64,000 bases of DNA from Bacteroidales bacterium (GCA_017548125.1 JAFYNK010000079.1:20180-84179); one strand, 5' to 3'; positions 1 through 9,316 are shown, numbered from the stretch's first letter. The notes: generated from the sequence alone by a model not told the origin. Made by a program: numbers and translations.

Positions 1-159
1 ACGATTATCATTAAGAAATTCACAGCGTGCCTTCTCGAAATTTTTGACTGCTTTTTTAGAATTTGATTGATGAGACTGAGAAAAAGAAATTTCTGACAAC
101 ATCATAAAAAACATCGTCAGAAGCAAAGGTTTCAATATTTTGTTAAATTTTGATAACAT
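1..159 (-). CDS. hypothetical secreted protein, N-terminal fragment (gene continues past the window start)
   Basis: Reverse-strand ATG at 159..157 with the frame open to position 1. Translation MLSKFNKILKPLLLTMFFMMLSEISFSQS... looks like a signal peptide. Too short for the ORF track. Confidence 0.35.
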   Translation of the reverse strand, partial: MLSKFNKILKPLLLTMFFMMLSEISFSQSHQSNSKKAVKNFEKARCEFLNDNR

Positions 160-226
160 ATATATAAAAACAATGAAGACTTTAACTTGTAAAATCTTCA
201 TTGTTAATTTTTGTTAAGTTTTGAAT

Positions 227-1105
227 TTATTTTCTATTGTTTTTTGCTGCCAACAAAGTGTTATGGAGCAGAGAAACTATTGTCATAGGACCTACGCCGC
301 CTGGCACTGGAGTGATTTTAGAAGCCACTTTATACACTTCTTTAAAATCGACATCGCCGACGATATGATAACCTTTTTCAGAATCATCTTTAATGCGGTG
401 GATACCGACGTCTATAACTACTGCGCCTTCTTTAACCATGTCAGCTTTAACGAACTCTGGCTGGCCGATAGCTACGATAAGAATATCAGCCTGACGTGTT
501 ATTTCCTTAATATTTTCTGTCTTGCTATGGCATATTGTCACTGTTGCATCTATACCTTTTCTTGAGAGCATCACGCTGACAGGAGTACCAACGATATTAG
601 ATCGACCCATTACCACAATATGTTTACCAGCTATTTCAACATTGCTGCGTTTGAGCAGTTCGTGTATTCCGAAAGGAGTTGCTGGGAGATAGCAAGGTTC
701 ACCAAGTTGCATAAGGCCTATATTGCACAATGTAAATCCATCAACGTCTTTATTATGGTTTATTGCTTGGATTATTTTTGTTTCATTGATATGAGCTGGC
801 AACGGAAGCTGAACGATAAAGCCATCAATTTCAGGGTCATTATTTAAGAAGTCTATTGTCTTAAGAATATCTTCCTCTGATGATTTTGCGCTTAGTCTAT
901 AAACAGATGAAAGCATTCCGACGCTGTGGCAAGCTTTTTCCTTAGAAGAAACGTAAGTAAGACTTGCGCCATCATCACCAACCAAAATAGCTGCGAGGTG
1001 AGGAGCGCCGACACCAGTGTCAATCATGTTTGCAACTTCAGCAGCAATTTCTTTTTTTATTGTTTCGGCAATAAGTTTGCCATCGATGATTTTATTATCA
1101 GCCAT
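227..1105 (-). CDS. folD: bifunctional methylenetetrahydrofolate dehydrogenase / methenyl-THF cyclohydrolase
   Basis: 292 aa, full-length FolD-like: IIDGK...HLAAILVGDDGASLTYV, VQLPLP, VVMGRSNIVGTPV, PVPGGVGPMT. Confidence 0.95.
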   Translation of the reverse strand: MADNKIIDGKLIAETIKKEIAAEVANMIDTGVGAPHLAAILVGDDGASLTYVSSKEKACHSVGMLSSVYRLSAKSSEEDILKTIDFLNNDPEIDGFIVQLPLPAHINETKIIQAINHNKDVDGFTLCNIGLMQLGEPCYLPATPFGIHELLKRSNVEIAGKHIVVMGRSNIVGTPVSVMLSRKGIDATVTICHSKTENIKEITRQADILIVAIGQPEFVKADMVKEGAVVIDVGIHRIKDDSEKGYHIVGDVDFKEVYKVASKITPVPGGVGPMTIVSLLHNTLLAAKNNRK

Positions 1106-1123
1106 AATAATTATATTATATGT

Positions 1124-2458
1124 TTATCTTCTGTTTCTCATTTGAGACATCATCTGCATCATTTTTTTAGCGCCGCCTGTTGTCATCATTCTCATCATTT
1201 TAGATGTCTCTTCAAATTGTTTTATCAATCTGTTGACTTCAACGATGTCGGTACCGCTACCCATTGCGATTCTCTTACGGCGGCTGCCGTTCAAGATTTT
1301 AGGGTTTTCGCGTTCTGCAGGTGTCATTGAACCGATGATAGCTTCGATGCTCTTGAATGCATCTTCGTCAATATCTTCATCGCTAATTTTATTCATGCCA
1401 GGTATCATCGCAGCGAGGTCTTTGATGTTACCCATACGTTTAATCTGTTGTATTTGTTTTAAGAAGTCGTTGAAATTAAACTCGTTCTTTGCAAGTTTTC
1501 TTTTAAGCTTAGCTGCTTCTTCTGCATCGAATTGTTCTTGAGCTTTTTCCACGAGAGTAACGATGTCACCCATACCGAGGATACGGTCTGCCATACGTTT
1601 TGGATAGAAAATATCAAGAGCGTCCATTTTTTCGCCGAGGCCGACGAATTTAATTGGTTTATCAACGACAGAACGAATTGTAAGAGCAGCACCGCCGCGT
1701 GTATCACCATCGAGTTTTGTAAGGACAACACCGTCAAAATCGAGACGGTCGTTGAATGCCTTAGCTGTATTGACGGCGTCCTGACCTGTCATAGAGTCAA
1801 CGACGAACAATGTTTCATGAGGATTAACCTTAGCCTTAACAGCAGCAATCTCGTTCATCATTTGTTCATCGACAGCGAGACGGCCAGCAGTATCTATGAT
1901 AACAACGTTCTTATTATGTTCTTTTGCGTAATGGACTGCGTTTTCAGCAATCTTAACAGGATCTTTACTTTCTATTTCAGAGTAAACCTCTACTCCTATT
2001 TGCTCGCCCAAAACCTTCAACTGGTCGATAGCAGCAGGACGATAAACGTCACAAGCAACGAGCAACACTTGTTTTCCTCTTTTGCTTTTCAAGAAGTTAG
2101 CCAACTTTGCAGAGAAAGTTGTCTTACCAGAACCTTGGAGACCAGCCATCAAAACGACTGCTGGATTTGCTTTGATATTTATTTCTGTGTGTTCGCCACC
2201 CATCAACTCTGCCAATTCGTCATGGACGATCTTAACCATGAGCTGACTTGGTGAGACAGATGTTAAAATCTTCTGTCCTAAGGCTTTTTCTTTTATAGTA
2301 TTTGTAACATCTTTTGCAATCTTATAACTAACGTCAGCGTCTAAAAGAGCCTTGCGAACCTCTTTTAATGTTTCTGCGACGTTGATTTCGGTAATATGAC
2401 CTTGACCTTTTAAAATCTTGAACGAACGTTCTAGTTTCTCACTTAATCCTTCAAACAT
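1124..2458 (-). CDS. ffh: signal recognition particle protein Ffh
   Basis: 444 aa with GLQGSGKTT P-loop, DTAGR, TKLDGD and a Met-rich M domain (MMRMMTTGGAKKMMQMM). Confidence 0.97.
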   Translation of the reverse strand: MFEGLSEKLERSFKILKGQGHITEINVAETLKEVRKALLDADVSYKIAKDVTNTIKEKALGQKILTSVSPSQLMVKIVHDELAELMGGEHTEINIKANPAVVLMAGLQGSGKTTFSAKLANFLKSKRGKQVLLVACDVYRPAAIDQLKVLGEQIGVEVYSEIESKDPVKIAENAVHYAKEHNKNVVIIDTAGRLAVDEQMMNEIAAVKAKVNPHETLFVVDSMTGQDAVNTAKAFNDRLDFDGVVLTKLDGDTRGGAALTIRSVVDKPIKFVGLGEKMDALDIFYPKRMADRILGMGDIVTLVEKAQEQFDAEEAAKLKRKLAKNEFNFNDFLKQIQQIKRMGNIKDLAAMIPGMNKISDEDIDEDAFKSIEAIIGSMTPAERENPKILNGSRRKRIAMGSGTDIVEVNRLIKQFEETSKMMRMMTTGGAKKMMQMMSQMRNRR

Positions 2459-2526
2459 ATTATATTTATTTTGTGCGCAAAGATAATTATTTTTTTTATA
2501 AACTCAAAGACTTTTGTCTTAACAAA

Positions 2527-4401
2527 TCAATACGAATTGAACAAATCAAAATGATATTGCATATACGCCTTTCCGTCTTCAACGACGCTGTCTTTCACGT
2601 TTTCCGGCAACGTTATTTTTATGAAATTACCTGTGTTTGAATACACGAACTCTCCTACCGGCGTCTTCCATCCCAAACCAGCATTAAGTTCAAAAAACGC
2701 AAACGGGCTATAACATTCTCCGAAAACATCTTTACTCCATATAAACTCATCGTGACTTAATCCAAGCTGAGCGAGGATAGTGGCTGGCAAATCGGTATTG
2801 CCACATATCTTATCGAATGTTTTTCCTCTCAAAGAATCACTCAAAGGCTCGCCATAAATCAACATCGGTATTTTATGATGCTCGAAAGATTCCATCCTGT
2901 GATTCTTGTATGACGAATGGCTATGGTCAGCGACAAATATAAACAAGGTACTGTCGTACCATTCCTGTTTTCTAGCCTTTTCCATAAACATACCTAAAGC
3001 GATGTCGGTATAATGTCCAGAGTTAACATATTGTTTTTCAATGACAGGCCATTCTATTTCCTCAAAAATTTTAGGATAATCGTAAGGAGAATGAGTACTT
3101 TGCGTAAAGATAGTGCTGAAGAAAGGCTGTTCATACTTAGAGAGCTGATCGACATACCAAGGCATCACATCAGCGTCATGATAGCCGAGCTTTCCCCTAT
3201 GAAATCCTTCGTCAATATCCTTAGCTTCCACTATTTCATCAAACTCGTTATATCTCAGATACGACAGTATATTACCGTAATTCAACTCGCCTCCGAAATA
3301 AAAGCTAGTATGGTATCCAATAGAATCCATCTTCTTGACCATAGATGGAACAGCATAATATTTATCAGGATGGTTGGTTATTGTCGTCACCGGCATTCCA
3401 GGCAGGCCGCCAAACAAAGACGACATAGCATGTTGCGAACGATTAGCGCTCGCATACACATTGGTGAACAACAAGCCATCCTTCTCCAAGTCTCTGAAGT
3501 TAGGCGTTATTCCTGGTTCGCCGCCCAGCGACTCGATCAAGTCGGCCGACCAGCTTTCAAGAAGAACGACGATTATATTTGGCTTTTCCATCTTCAAAAT
3601 ATTAACTGTTGAGTCACACTCCACCTGATGCAATTTACGGACGCGTCGTTTGGCGCTTTCCATATCCATATAATTAAAATGAGCGCGAGTCTCAACCTTT
3701 TTAGAGTTCAGAATATTTTCCACAAGATAATACGCCGGATTCACGCACATCTCGTTGGCTATTTTATGGCTGCTGTAATACACCTTACTAGAAGTAATCG
3801 GAATTTCGTTGAAACCGCCGCGCATTCCAAGGAACAAAGCACCAACAATCAGTATAAAGCTGCCTGTAAGCACCAACACATTAGGCTTTGACTCCGGCTT
3901 AGACGAATCATAATCGTTAGGCTCAACAAATTCAGTATAAAGCCAGCAGAACAAGACGGTGAACACCGACCATAACACAATAAGCAATAACGTATGTTCC
4001 GTCTCTGCCGTATTTATCACTTCAGCAGGATTTTGAAGATACAGCAACGCTCTGTACGACAACTTAGTACGCCATTCTCCATATATTCCAATGTCACCGA
4101 AAGCCGTGAGATTATACGCCGCTATTATCAAATAAAAGAACCATCGCAGAGGAGCAAAAAGAGTGTCTTTATCGACGGCATAGGATATAAACATGTAAAT
4201 TGCAGGCAGCGCCAGCATGAATGAAGCGGTAGCAATGTCGAGCGGCATAGCCGACCAAAAGCCTTTCATCACCTCGAGGAAAGGAATCTCGCCAAGCTTG
4301 ATGAGCGACCAGTATTTTATGACAAAAATAATTCTTATCGATGCAAATAGCACCAACAAGAACACCAACATTTTCAATAATGTAAAGAGTAACTTTTTCA
4401 T
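2527..4401 (-). CDS. LTA-synthase family / sulfatase-like phosphoglycerol transferase, membrane-anchored
   Basis: 624 aa. N-terminal multi-TM region followed by an alkaline-phosphatase/sulfatase-fold domain (VVLLESW, FVADHS). Confidence 0.8.
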   Translation of the reverse strand: MKKLLFTLLKMLVFLLVLFASIRIIFVIKYWSLIKLGEIPFLEVMKGFWSAMPLDIATASFMLALPAIYMFISYAVDKDTLFAPLRWFFYLIIAAYNLTAFGDIGIYGEWRTKLSYRALLYLQNPAEVINTAETEHTLLLIVLWSVFTVLFCWLYTEFVEPNDYDSSKPESKPNVLVLTGSFILIVGALFLGMRGGFNEIPITSSKVYYSSHKIANEMCVNPAYYLVENILNSKKVETRAHFNYMDMESAKRRVRKLHQVECDSTVNILKMEKPNIIVVLLESWSADLIESLGGEPGITPNFRDLEKDGLLFTNVYASANRSQHAMSSLFGGLPGMPVTTITNHPDKYYAVPSMVKKMDSIGYHTSFYFGGELNYGNILSYLRYNEFDEIVEAKDIDEGFHRGKLGYHDADVMPWYVDQLSKYEQPFFSTIFTQSTHSPYDYPKIFEEIEWPVIEKQYVNSGHYTDIALGMFMEKARKQEWYDSTLFIFVADHSHSSYKNHRMESFEHHKIPMLIYGEPLSDSLRGKTFDKICGNTDLPATILAQLGLSHDEFIWSKDVFGECYSPFAFFELNAGLGWKTPVGEFVYSNTGNFIKITLPENVKDSVVEDGKAYMQYHFDLFNSY

Positions 4402-4418
4402 CTTTTATTGACTAAAGA

Positions 4419-4470
4419 CGAAAGTCTAATGTTAAAAGATAAATTTTAGACTTTTGACATTAGACTTTCG
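4419..4470. repeat. perfect 14-bp inverted repeat (cgaaagtctaatgt / acattagactttcg) with a 24-nt spacer, between yggS stop and the LtaS-like start
   Basis: Arms at 4419..4432 and 4457..4470 are exact reverse complements. No clear U-tract follows on the minus strand. Confidence 0.6.
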
Positions 4471-4474
4471 GCAT

Positions 4475-5146
4475 TCATATATTATAATTTCTTGCGCCGA
4501 AGATTTTGCTTCCGACTCTTACCATGGTAGCGCCTTCTTCGATGGCGATTGGATAATCGTCGGACATTCCCATTGAGATTTCCTTAAAGGATTCATTTCC
4601 TTTGAAATAGTTTTCCTTTAATGTTTCAAAAATATTCTTGAGGTTTTTGAATTCGTTTCTGATTTGGGCAGCGTTGTCGGTGAAAGTCGCCATTCCCATC
4701 ACGCCGCAGATGTTAATATTATTTAAGCTTTTGAAACTTTCAGATTCAAGCATCGCTCTTGCCTCATCCATATCGAGACCGAATTTCGTCTCTTCCTGAG
4801 CGATATGAAACTGAAGAAGACAATCGATGACGCGATTGTTTTTTGCCGCCTCCTTATTGACTGCTTCGAGCAGCGACAGACTGTCGATAGCATGAATCAA
4901 GGTTACGAATGGAGCGATATATTTTATCTTGTTAGTCTGAAGATGACCGATGAAATGCCATTGAATATCACTAGGAAGCGCCTGATACTTATCGCGCATT
5001 TCAAGAGCCTTGTTTTCACCAAATATACGCTGGCCAGCATCGTAAGCCTCTTGCAAATCTGAGACTGGTTTTGTCTTTGAGACAGCAATGAGAGTGACGT
5101 CAGATGGAACTGTCGCTCTGATTATATCGAGATTTTCTTTTATCAT
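4475..5146 (-). CDS. yggS: YggS-family pyridoxal-phosphate homeostasis protein
   Basis: Family-typical VTLIAVSKTKP, FGENK, WHFIGHLQTNK, MGMSDDY, RVGSKIFG. Start moved to the internal MIKENL (5146) because the longer track ORF runs through the promoter and octamer repeat. Confidence 0.9.
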   Translation of the reverse strand: MIKENLDIIRATVPSDVTLIAVSKTKPVSDLQEAYDAGQRIFGENKALEMRDKYQALPSDIQWHFIGHLQTNKIKYIAPFVTLIHAIDSLSLLEAVNKEAAKNNRVIDCLLQFHIAQEETKFGLDMDEARAMLESESFKSLNNINICGVMGMATFTDNAAQIRNEFKNLKNIFETLKENYFKGNESFKEISMGMSDDYPIAIEEGATMVRVGSKIFGARNYNI

Positions 5147-5169
5147 TGTTTTTGAGTTTTTAAGAATTA

Positions 5170-5177
5170 CAAAGATA
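5170..5177 (-). promoter_or_regulatory. Bacteroidetes-type -7 box (TAtcTTTG on minus strand) for yggS
   Basis: Reverse complement of caaagata, 24 nt upstream of the ATG at 5146, with a T-run immediately upstream. Confidence 0.5.
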
Positions 5178-5186
5178 TAAAAAAAA

Positions 5187-5219
5187 GACAACAAGACAAC
5201 AAGACAACAAGACAACAAG
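5187..5219. repeat. perfect tandem octamer array (gacaacaa)x4 + g
   Basis: Four exact 8-bp units at 5187..5218, flanked by A6 on the left and gttttt on the right. It sits over the -15 to -50 region of the yggS promoter. Confidence 0.9.
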
Positions 5220-5233
5220 TTTTTATCACTTAA

Positions 5234-5776
5234 TCATTTTTCCACTTCACATTTTCTCATCATGCTTTGCAATATCCATACTATTATATACACCACCAAA
5301 GGCGAACCTGAAACAACATAATCATATTCATAATCGTCTGGAATAAAGAAAACTGCAATAGTATAACCAAAAAACACCACATAAATCAACAAATCTGCAA
5401 TATTTCTTAAAATCTTTCCTTTTCTCACATAATAACTCCTACGATATCTTCGCACTAAAAATCCCAAATGCAACATCATAACAGCATAAAACGAAAAAAA
5501 AGGAAAAGAACCGAAATCTGCAATAGTTAGGACAACAAACAATATTGCAGCGCAGAAAAACGGAATAGAACGTAATTTCTGTTTACGCTTATCCTCTTCG
5601 CTAATCTCCGAATAAGGCACCAAAGCACGTTTTCTCTCTACCTCACTGGCTTCATCAAAACCACCCAAAGCAAAACCACAACCAAAAGGAAAATTTTTGT
5701 AAGTAACACTCCAAACCGCATAAAATATCAATGCAAACACAACAATTACGATTACTAACCATTCATTATTACTCAT
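5234..5776 (-). CDS. hypothetical integral membrane protein (about 4 TM)
   Basis: 180 aa with four long hydrophobic segments and basic loops (RRYRRSYYVRKGK). Last gene of the calpain-like trio. No family recognised. Confidence 0.55.
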   Translation of the reverse strand: MSNNEWLVIVIVVFALIFYAVWSVTYKNFPFGCGFALGGFDEASEVERKRALVPYSEISEEDKRKQKLRSIPFFCAAILFVVLTIADFGSFPFFSFYAVMMLHLGFLVRRYRRSYYVRKGKILRNIADLLIYVVFFGYTIAVFFIPDDYEYDYVVSGSPLVVYIIVWILQSMMRKCEVEK

Positions 5777-5827
5777 AATATTATTTATTTAAAGATTTAT
5801 AATTAAACTCCAACAGAACACAAACTT

Positions 5828-7000
5828 TCACTCTGACAACTCATACGAATAAGCATGATCAAAAAACTTCATAAAATCATCATGTAACATTTTCTGCAAA
5901 TTATCTATATCATGAGGATTATACATATACACATATTCATCATCAGCAGAAACAATAGAATAAACATGATATTTTGAAAATGAATCTAATATGTATTCAT
6001 TAGTTTTACTACTTGCAGCTAATATAATATAGTTCTCTGATCTAATCTTCACCATCAAATCACTATCAACGAGAATATTGTCAGCACAATCTTCACCAAA
6101 AAACAAATAAAAAGGAATGCTTAGAGGACTCATACCATCATTGATATCGCAACAACTTGGTTTTATTTTAACCTTATTCCGAGCATTCTGAATCTTCTTA
6201 GCTTCGTCCACATGATCTCCTATTTCATGTAAATAACGTATTACAGCAATCTCTATAGCTCTAACATCCAAATCCCCTTTTGCAAGTTCATCAGATCCAG
6301 CAAGTTCTTCCGGTGTCATAATATACTCTCTGTCAGCACCTTTTAAAACAACTTTCACATTTCCTAAAGAATCTATGGAAATTATATCACTCAACATTTC
6401 TCTACCTTCTTCTGTCAGTCGTAACGAATTAAGCGCCGCTATCAACCAACAATCGCCAACTTTTCCCTGATTAAAATCTTCATCTATCACTCCATTTGCC
6501 AGATATTCTATATTATTAGATTTAAAAGCATCATATCGCATATTCAAAGTCACCATATCTTCATCAATATCTTCCGAATTCATCTTACCATCCTTATTTA
6601 TCTCATATTCAATATGTCCATCTATCAAAGACTTATAATCCTCAACATACATACTTTCCTTTTCAAAGGCACGACAAAGTGTATCGTTTATATTTTTCAA
6701 CACTTTCTCCACTTCATCTTTTGGCAAAAAACTATTGCTCATTATTTTCTTAAAGATAGACTTTCCACTTTCTTTTTCAAAACTTATCACGATGTCAATA
6801 GCATTGTCGGTATTTATCAATCCAACATAAGACTTCAATTTCCGAGAATTTCCAAATCCATTAACACTATTCCATATTTCTCTTTTAATTGCCGTTTCAT
6901 CTAAATTCTCCAAAGATTCAACATCAACAGGTCTTAGCATAAAAATAGCAACCAATGAAATTGCAATCAACAGCAGTGTTATATAAGGTAACTTTTTCAT
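5828..7000 (-). CDS. calpain-like (MEROPS C2 family) cysteine peptidase with N-terminal signal/anchor
   Basis: 390 aa. NQGKVGDCWLIAALNSL matches the calpain active-site motif QGxxGDCWxLAA (Cys codon 6449..6451). Downstream YHVYSIV and MYNPH fit the His and Asn of the triad. Hydrophobic N-terminus. Confidence 0.75.
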   Translation of the reverse strand: MKKLPYITLLLIAISLVAIFMLRPVDVESLENLDETAIKREIWNSVNGFGNSRKLKSYVGLINTDNAIDIVISFEKESGKSIFKKIMSNSFLPKDEVEKVLKNINDTLCRAFEKESMYVEDYKSLIDGHIEYEINKDGKMNSEDIDEDMVTLNMRYDAFKSNNIEYLANGVIDEDFNQGKVGDCWLIAALNSLRLTEEGREMLSDIISIDSLGNVKVVLKGADREYIMTPEELAGSDELAKGDLDVRAIEIAVIRYLHEIGDHVDEAKKIQNARNKVKIKPSCCDINDGMSPLSIPFYLFFGEDCADNILVDSDLMVKIRSENYIILAASSKTNEYILDSFSKYHVYSIVSADDEYVYMYNPHDIDNLQKMLHDDFMKFFDHAYSYELSE

Positions 7001-7029
7001 TTTTTTAAATTTTAAAGTTTTTAACTACA

Positions 7030-9150
7030 TCAATTATCTTGTTCAACAAGTTTATCGCTATGTAAAACCAACGAAAGCAGAACCATCAATGCAAAAGACA
7101 TCACTACAATAACTTTTAAAGTATTGAAAGCGATCATACAAAATACTGCAAAATGAAAAGCACAAGCATTCAAACCATATATTACACGCCAAAATTTCAC
7201 CATTGCCGAATAATAATTCTTTCTAGATGTAAACAACATAATTCCACACGCCGTAACTATATATCCCAAAACTAAGAAAAGCAGTATTAATATCATATGT
7301 ATTTTGACATTATCTATCAATTCAGAAATAGCAGCGATAACATTCGTATCAAAACAACATAATAATGCAAGCATAAATAAAAACGCAGCTACCAACCACA
7401 AAAATACAGAAAAGATAGTTTTCTTAACATTTAACTTGAACGGCACAAGGAATTCTTTTCTTACAGGAACAGCAGCCATAATACAGGTAAATACACCCCA
7501 TATCATCAACAAAAAGAATCTCGTCTTAAAATCTTGATTTTCAAACATCATAGGTTTCAATATCAACCTGTCTGTTGTAAAAGTAACCACCATCATTTCA
7601 TCACCTGTTGGTTCGAGCGACATTCCATATTCAGAAAGCATAATTTGCAACTCCTCAACAGATTTAGCCTCAGAATAGAACTCCGGATGTAACTTTATTA
7701 TCCTATTATATATAGAATCATATTCCATCAAAACCGGAACGCCGTGTGCCGTCTGAAGATTTCTCAGGAACATACGAGTATTAACCTGTAGTCCTTCAAT
7801 CTTAATCGCATTATTCGAATCATCAAACACCGAATATAATTTGTGATAATATCCCTCACAATATTTTAAATACGTTTTCCATTCAGAATACGAATTATAA
7901 ATATTTTCAGAACTTATGGAATCAAATTTATCCTTGTCGGAAATAACCAATTTAAAAGATGTCTGATAAGTCGTATCTGCATTTATCCCTGCATATTTAA
8001 CTATATCTTGAATCATCGTTTCGTACAAAGCTTCATTCGTCAATGTATTCTTTTCAAATTCAACAGCAAATGAACATTCCTCATCAAACATCTTGATGTT
8101 ATGCATAACATTATCATCAAGATCATCTTCCAAAACCTGAATCATATTTTCCAAAATATTTCTACGAGATTGATTGACAATAGGATTTTTCACTTTCGAA
8201 TATTCAGAAAACAAACGTTCCCGATTTGTTGCACTATGTTTTCCATATTTAAATTCAGCCTTGTATCCATATTCCGTAATCTTTCCTTCATAACGAATTG
8301 GTAACGATTCTTTAATTTTCGCATCATCAAAAGCACAGGTCACAACCATCATTTCCTTCCCTGTAGGCTCAAGTGCAACACCATACTTCGACAAGACTTT
8401 TTGCATTTCTTCAACAGACTTTTGTCCCGAATAAAATTTCTTATCAAGTAAAAAAGGCTTGCAATCTTGAAGATAAACGTCCTCGTAAAGAATTGGAACA
8501 TTATAAAGTTCACGCAAATTTAAATACAAGCACCACATATCATGCATCACTACATCATCGCTCAAATTCATTGTAGAATCCATTACCAAATGATGATAAT
8601 CTTCATTAGCAACCGGGCGATAACTTCTACTTTTACCAATAAATTCAACTTTATAATTTTCAAATTTATTTTCATCCGATACAAACAGTTTATATGATGG
8701 TTTATACACGGTGTCGATTTTGGCACCTGCATAAACAAGAAAATCCTCAAAGAGTTGTTTATAATTATTATACCGATAGTCAGGATAGTTGATTATCAAT
8801 GAGCATGTATCATCTGAAGCATTAATACTATACATTACCTCATTACTCCGTCCCAAATCTGAATTGTACAACAACATATCGGAAATAGTTCTTATTCCTG
8901 ACGAAAACACTACTGAATCAGTTAGCTTATTAGCTCCTTCAAAGTTTCCATCCAAATTGTCACACACCAGTTCCGCAGTGTAATGGTATGATGGAACAAT
9001 TCCCTCATAACTTATATATATATCATCATCAGAAGGTTTTTCGTCAAAAGGATTTTTTTCAAAATTACTGCTTAAGGAATTTATAAGTGCAAATAATGCC
9101 AATAAAGAAATTGCAATCAAAGACTTAAATAAAAACTTAATTTTTCTCAT
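7030..9150 (-). CDS. hypothetical protein: signal peptide, two copies of a ~240-aa module, C-terminal ~5-TM domain
   Basis: 706 aa. Internal duplication, e.g. KSVEEMQKVLSKYGVALEPTGKEMMVVT vs KSVEELQIMLSEYGMSLEPTGDEMMVVT, and ISYEG..YHYTAE vs IRYEG..YGYKAE. Hydrophobic helices from about aa 545. Confidence 0.65.
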   Translation of the reverse strand: MRKIKFLFKSLIAISLLALFALINSLSSNFEKNPFDEKPSDDDIYISYEGIVPSYHYTAELVCDNLDGNFEGANKLTDSVVFSSGIRTISDMLLYNSDLGRSNEVMYSINASDDTCSLIINYPDYRYNNYKQLFEDFLVYAGAKIDTVYKPSYKLFVSDENKFENYKVEFIGKSRSYRPVANEDYHHLVMDSTMNLSDDVVMHDMWCLYLNLRELYNVPILYEDVYLQDCKPFLLDKKFYSGQKSVEEMQKVLSKYGVALEPTGKEMMVVTCAFDDAKIKESLPIRYEGKITEYGYKAEFKYGKHSATNRERLFSEYSKVKNPIVNQSRRNILENMIQVLEDDLDDNVMHNIKMFDEECSFAVEFEKNTLTNEALYETMIQDIVKYAGINADTTYQTSFKLVISDKDKFDSISSENIYNSYSEWKTYLKYCEGYYHKLYSVFDDSNNAIKIEGLQVNTRMFLRNLQTAHGVPVLMEYDSIYNRIIKLHPEFYSEAKSVEELQIMLSEYGMSLEPTGDEMMVVTFTTDRLILKPMMFENQDFKTRFFLLMIWGVFTCIMAAVPVRKEFLVPFKLNVKKTIFSVFLWLVAAFLFMLALLCCFDTNVIAAISELIDNVKIHMILILLFLVLGYIVTACGIMLFTSRKNYYSAMVKFWRVIYGLNACAFHFAVFCMIAFNTLKVIVVMSFALMVLLSLVLHSDKLVEQDN

Positions 9151-9283
9151 AATGATATTTGTTTATTAACGAATAGCAAGTCATCACACATTGAATGTGC
9201 AATTTTATTAGAATGAAAAATTGGTTTGGCAGTAATTTTAAGTCAAACAATAATAGATATAAAATTTAGTATAAACCAATACG

Positions 9284-9291
9284 CAAATATA
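9284..9291 (-). promoter_or_regulatory. -7 box (TAtaTTTG on minus strand) upstream of the 706-aa/calpain-like/membrane trio
   Basis: Reverse complement of caaatata, about 135 nt upstream of the ATG at 9150. Implies a long 5' UTR. Confidence 0.4.
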
Positions 9292-9316
9292 ATAATATTC
9301 TCAATCAAACAAAAAA

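Noticed and set aside
1532-2254. 240-aa plus-strand ORF (and neighbours 926..1330, 1233..1541) overlapping ffh/folD
   Set aside because: These lie antisense to unambiguous, full-length Ffh and FolD genes. The translations are low-complexity with no motifs. They are typical shadow ORFs in AT-rich DNA.
5147-5218. N-terminal extension of yggS (MLSCCLVVLLSFFYIFVILKNSKT) that could look like a signal peptide
   Set aside because: It is produced by translating the octamer repeat and the -7 box. YggS proteins are cytoplasmic and the family alignment begins near MIKENL.
5187-5219. Octamer arrays (also 11178..11210) and the 63-bp duplication (18614..18720), considered as CRISPR-like arrays
   Set aside because: The units are contiguous with no spacers, the unit sizes are wrong (8 bp; two copies of 63 bp within a CDS), and there are no cas genes in the window.
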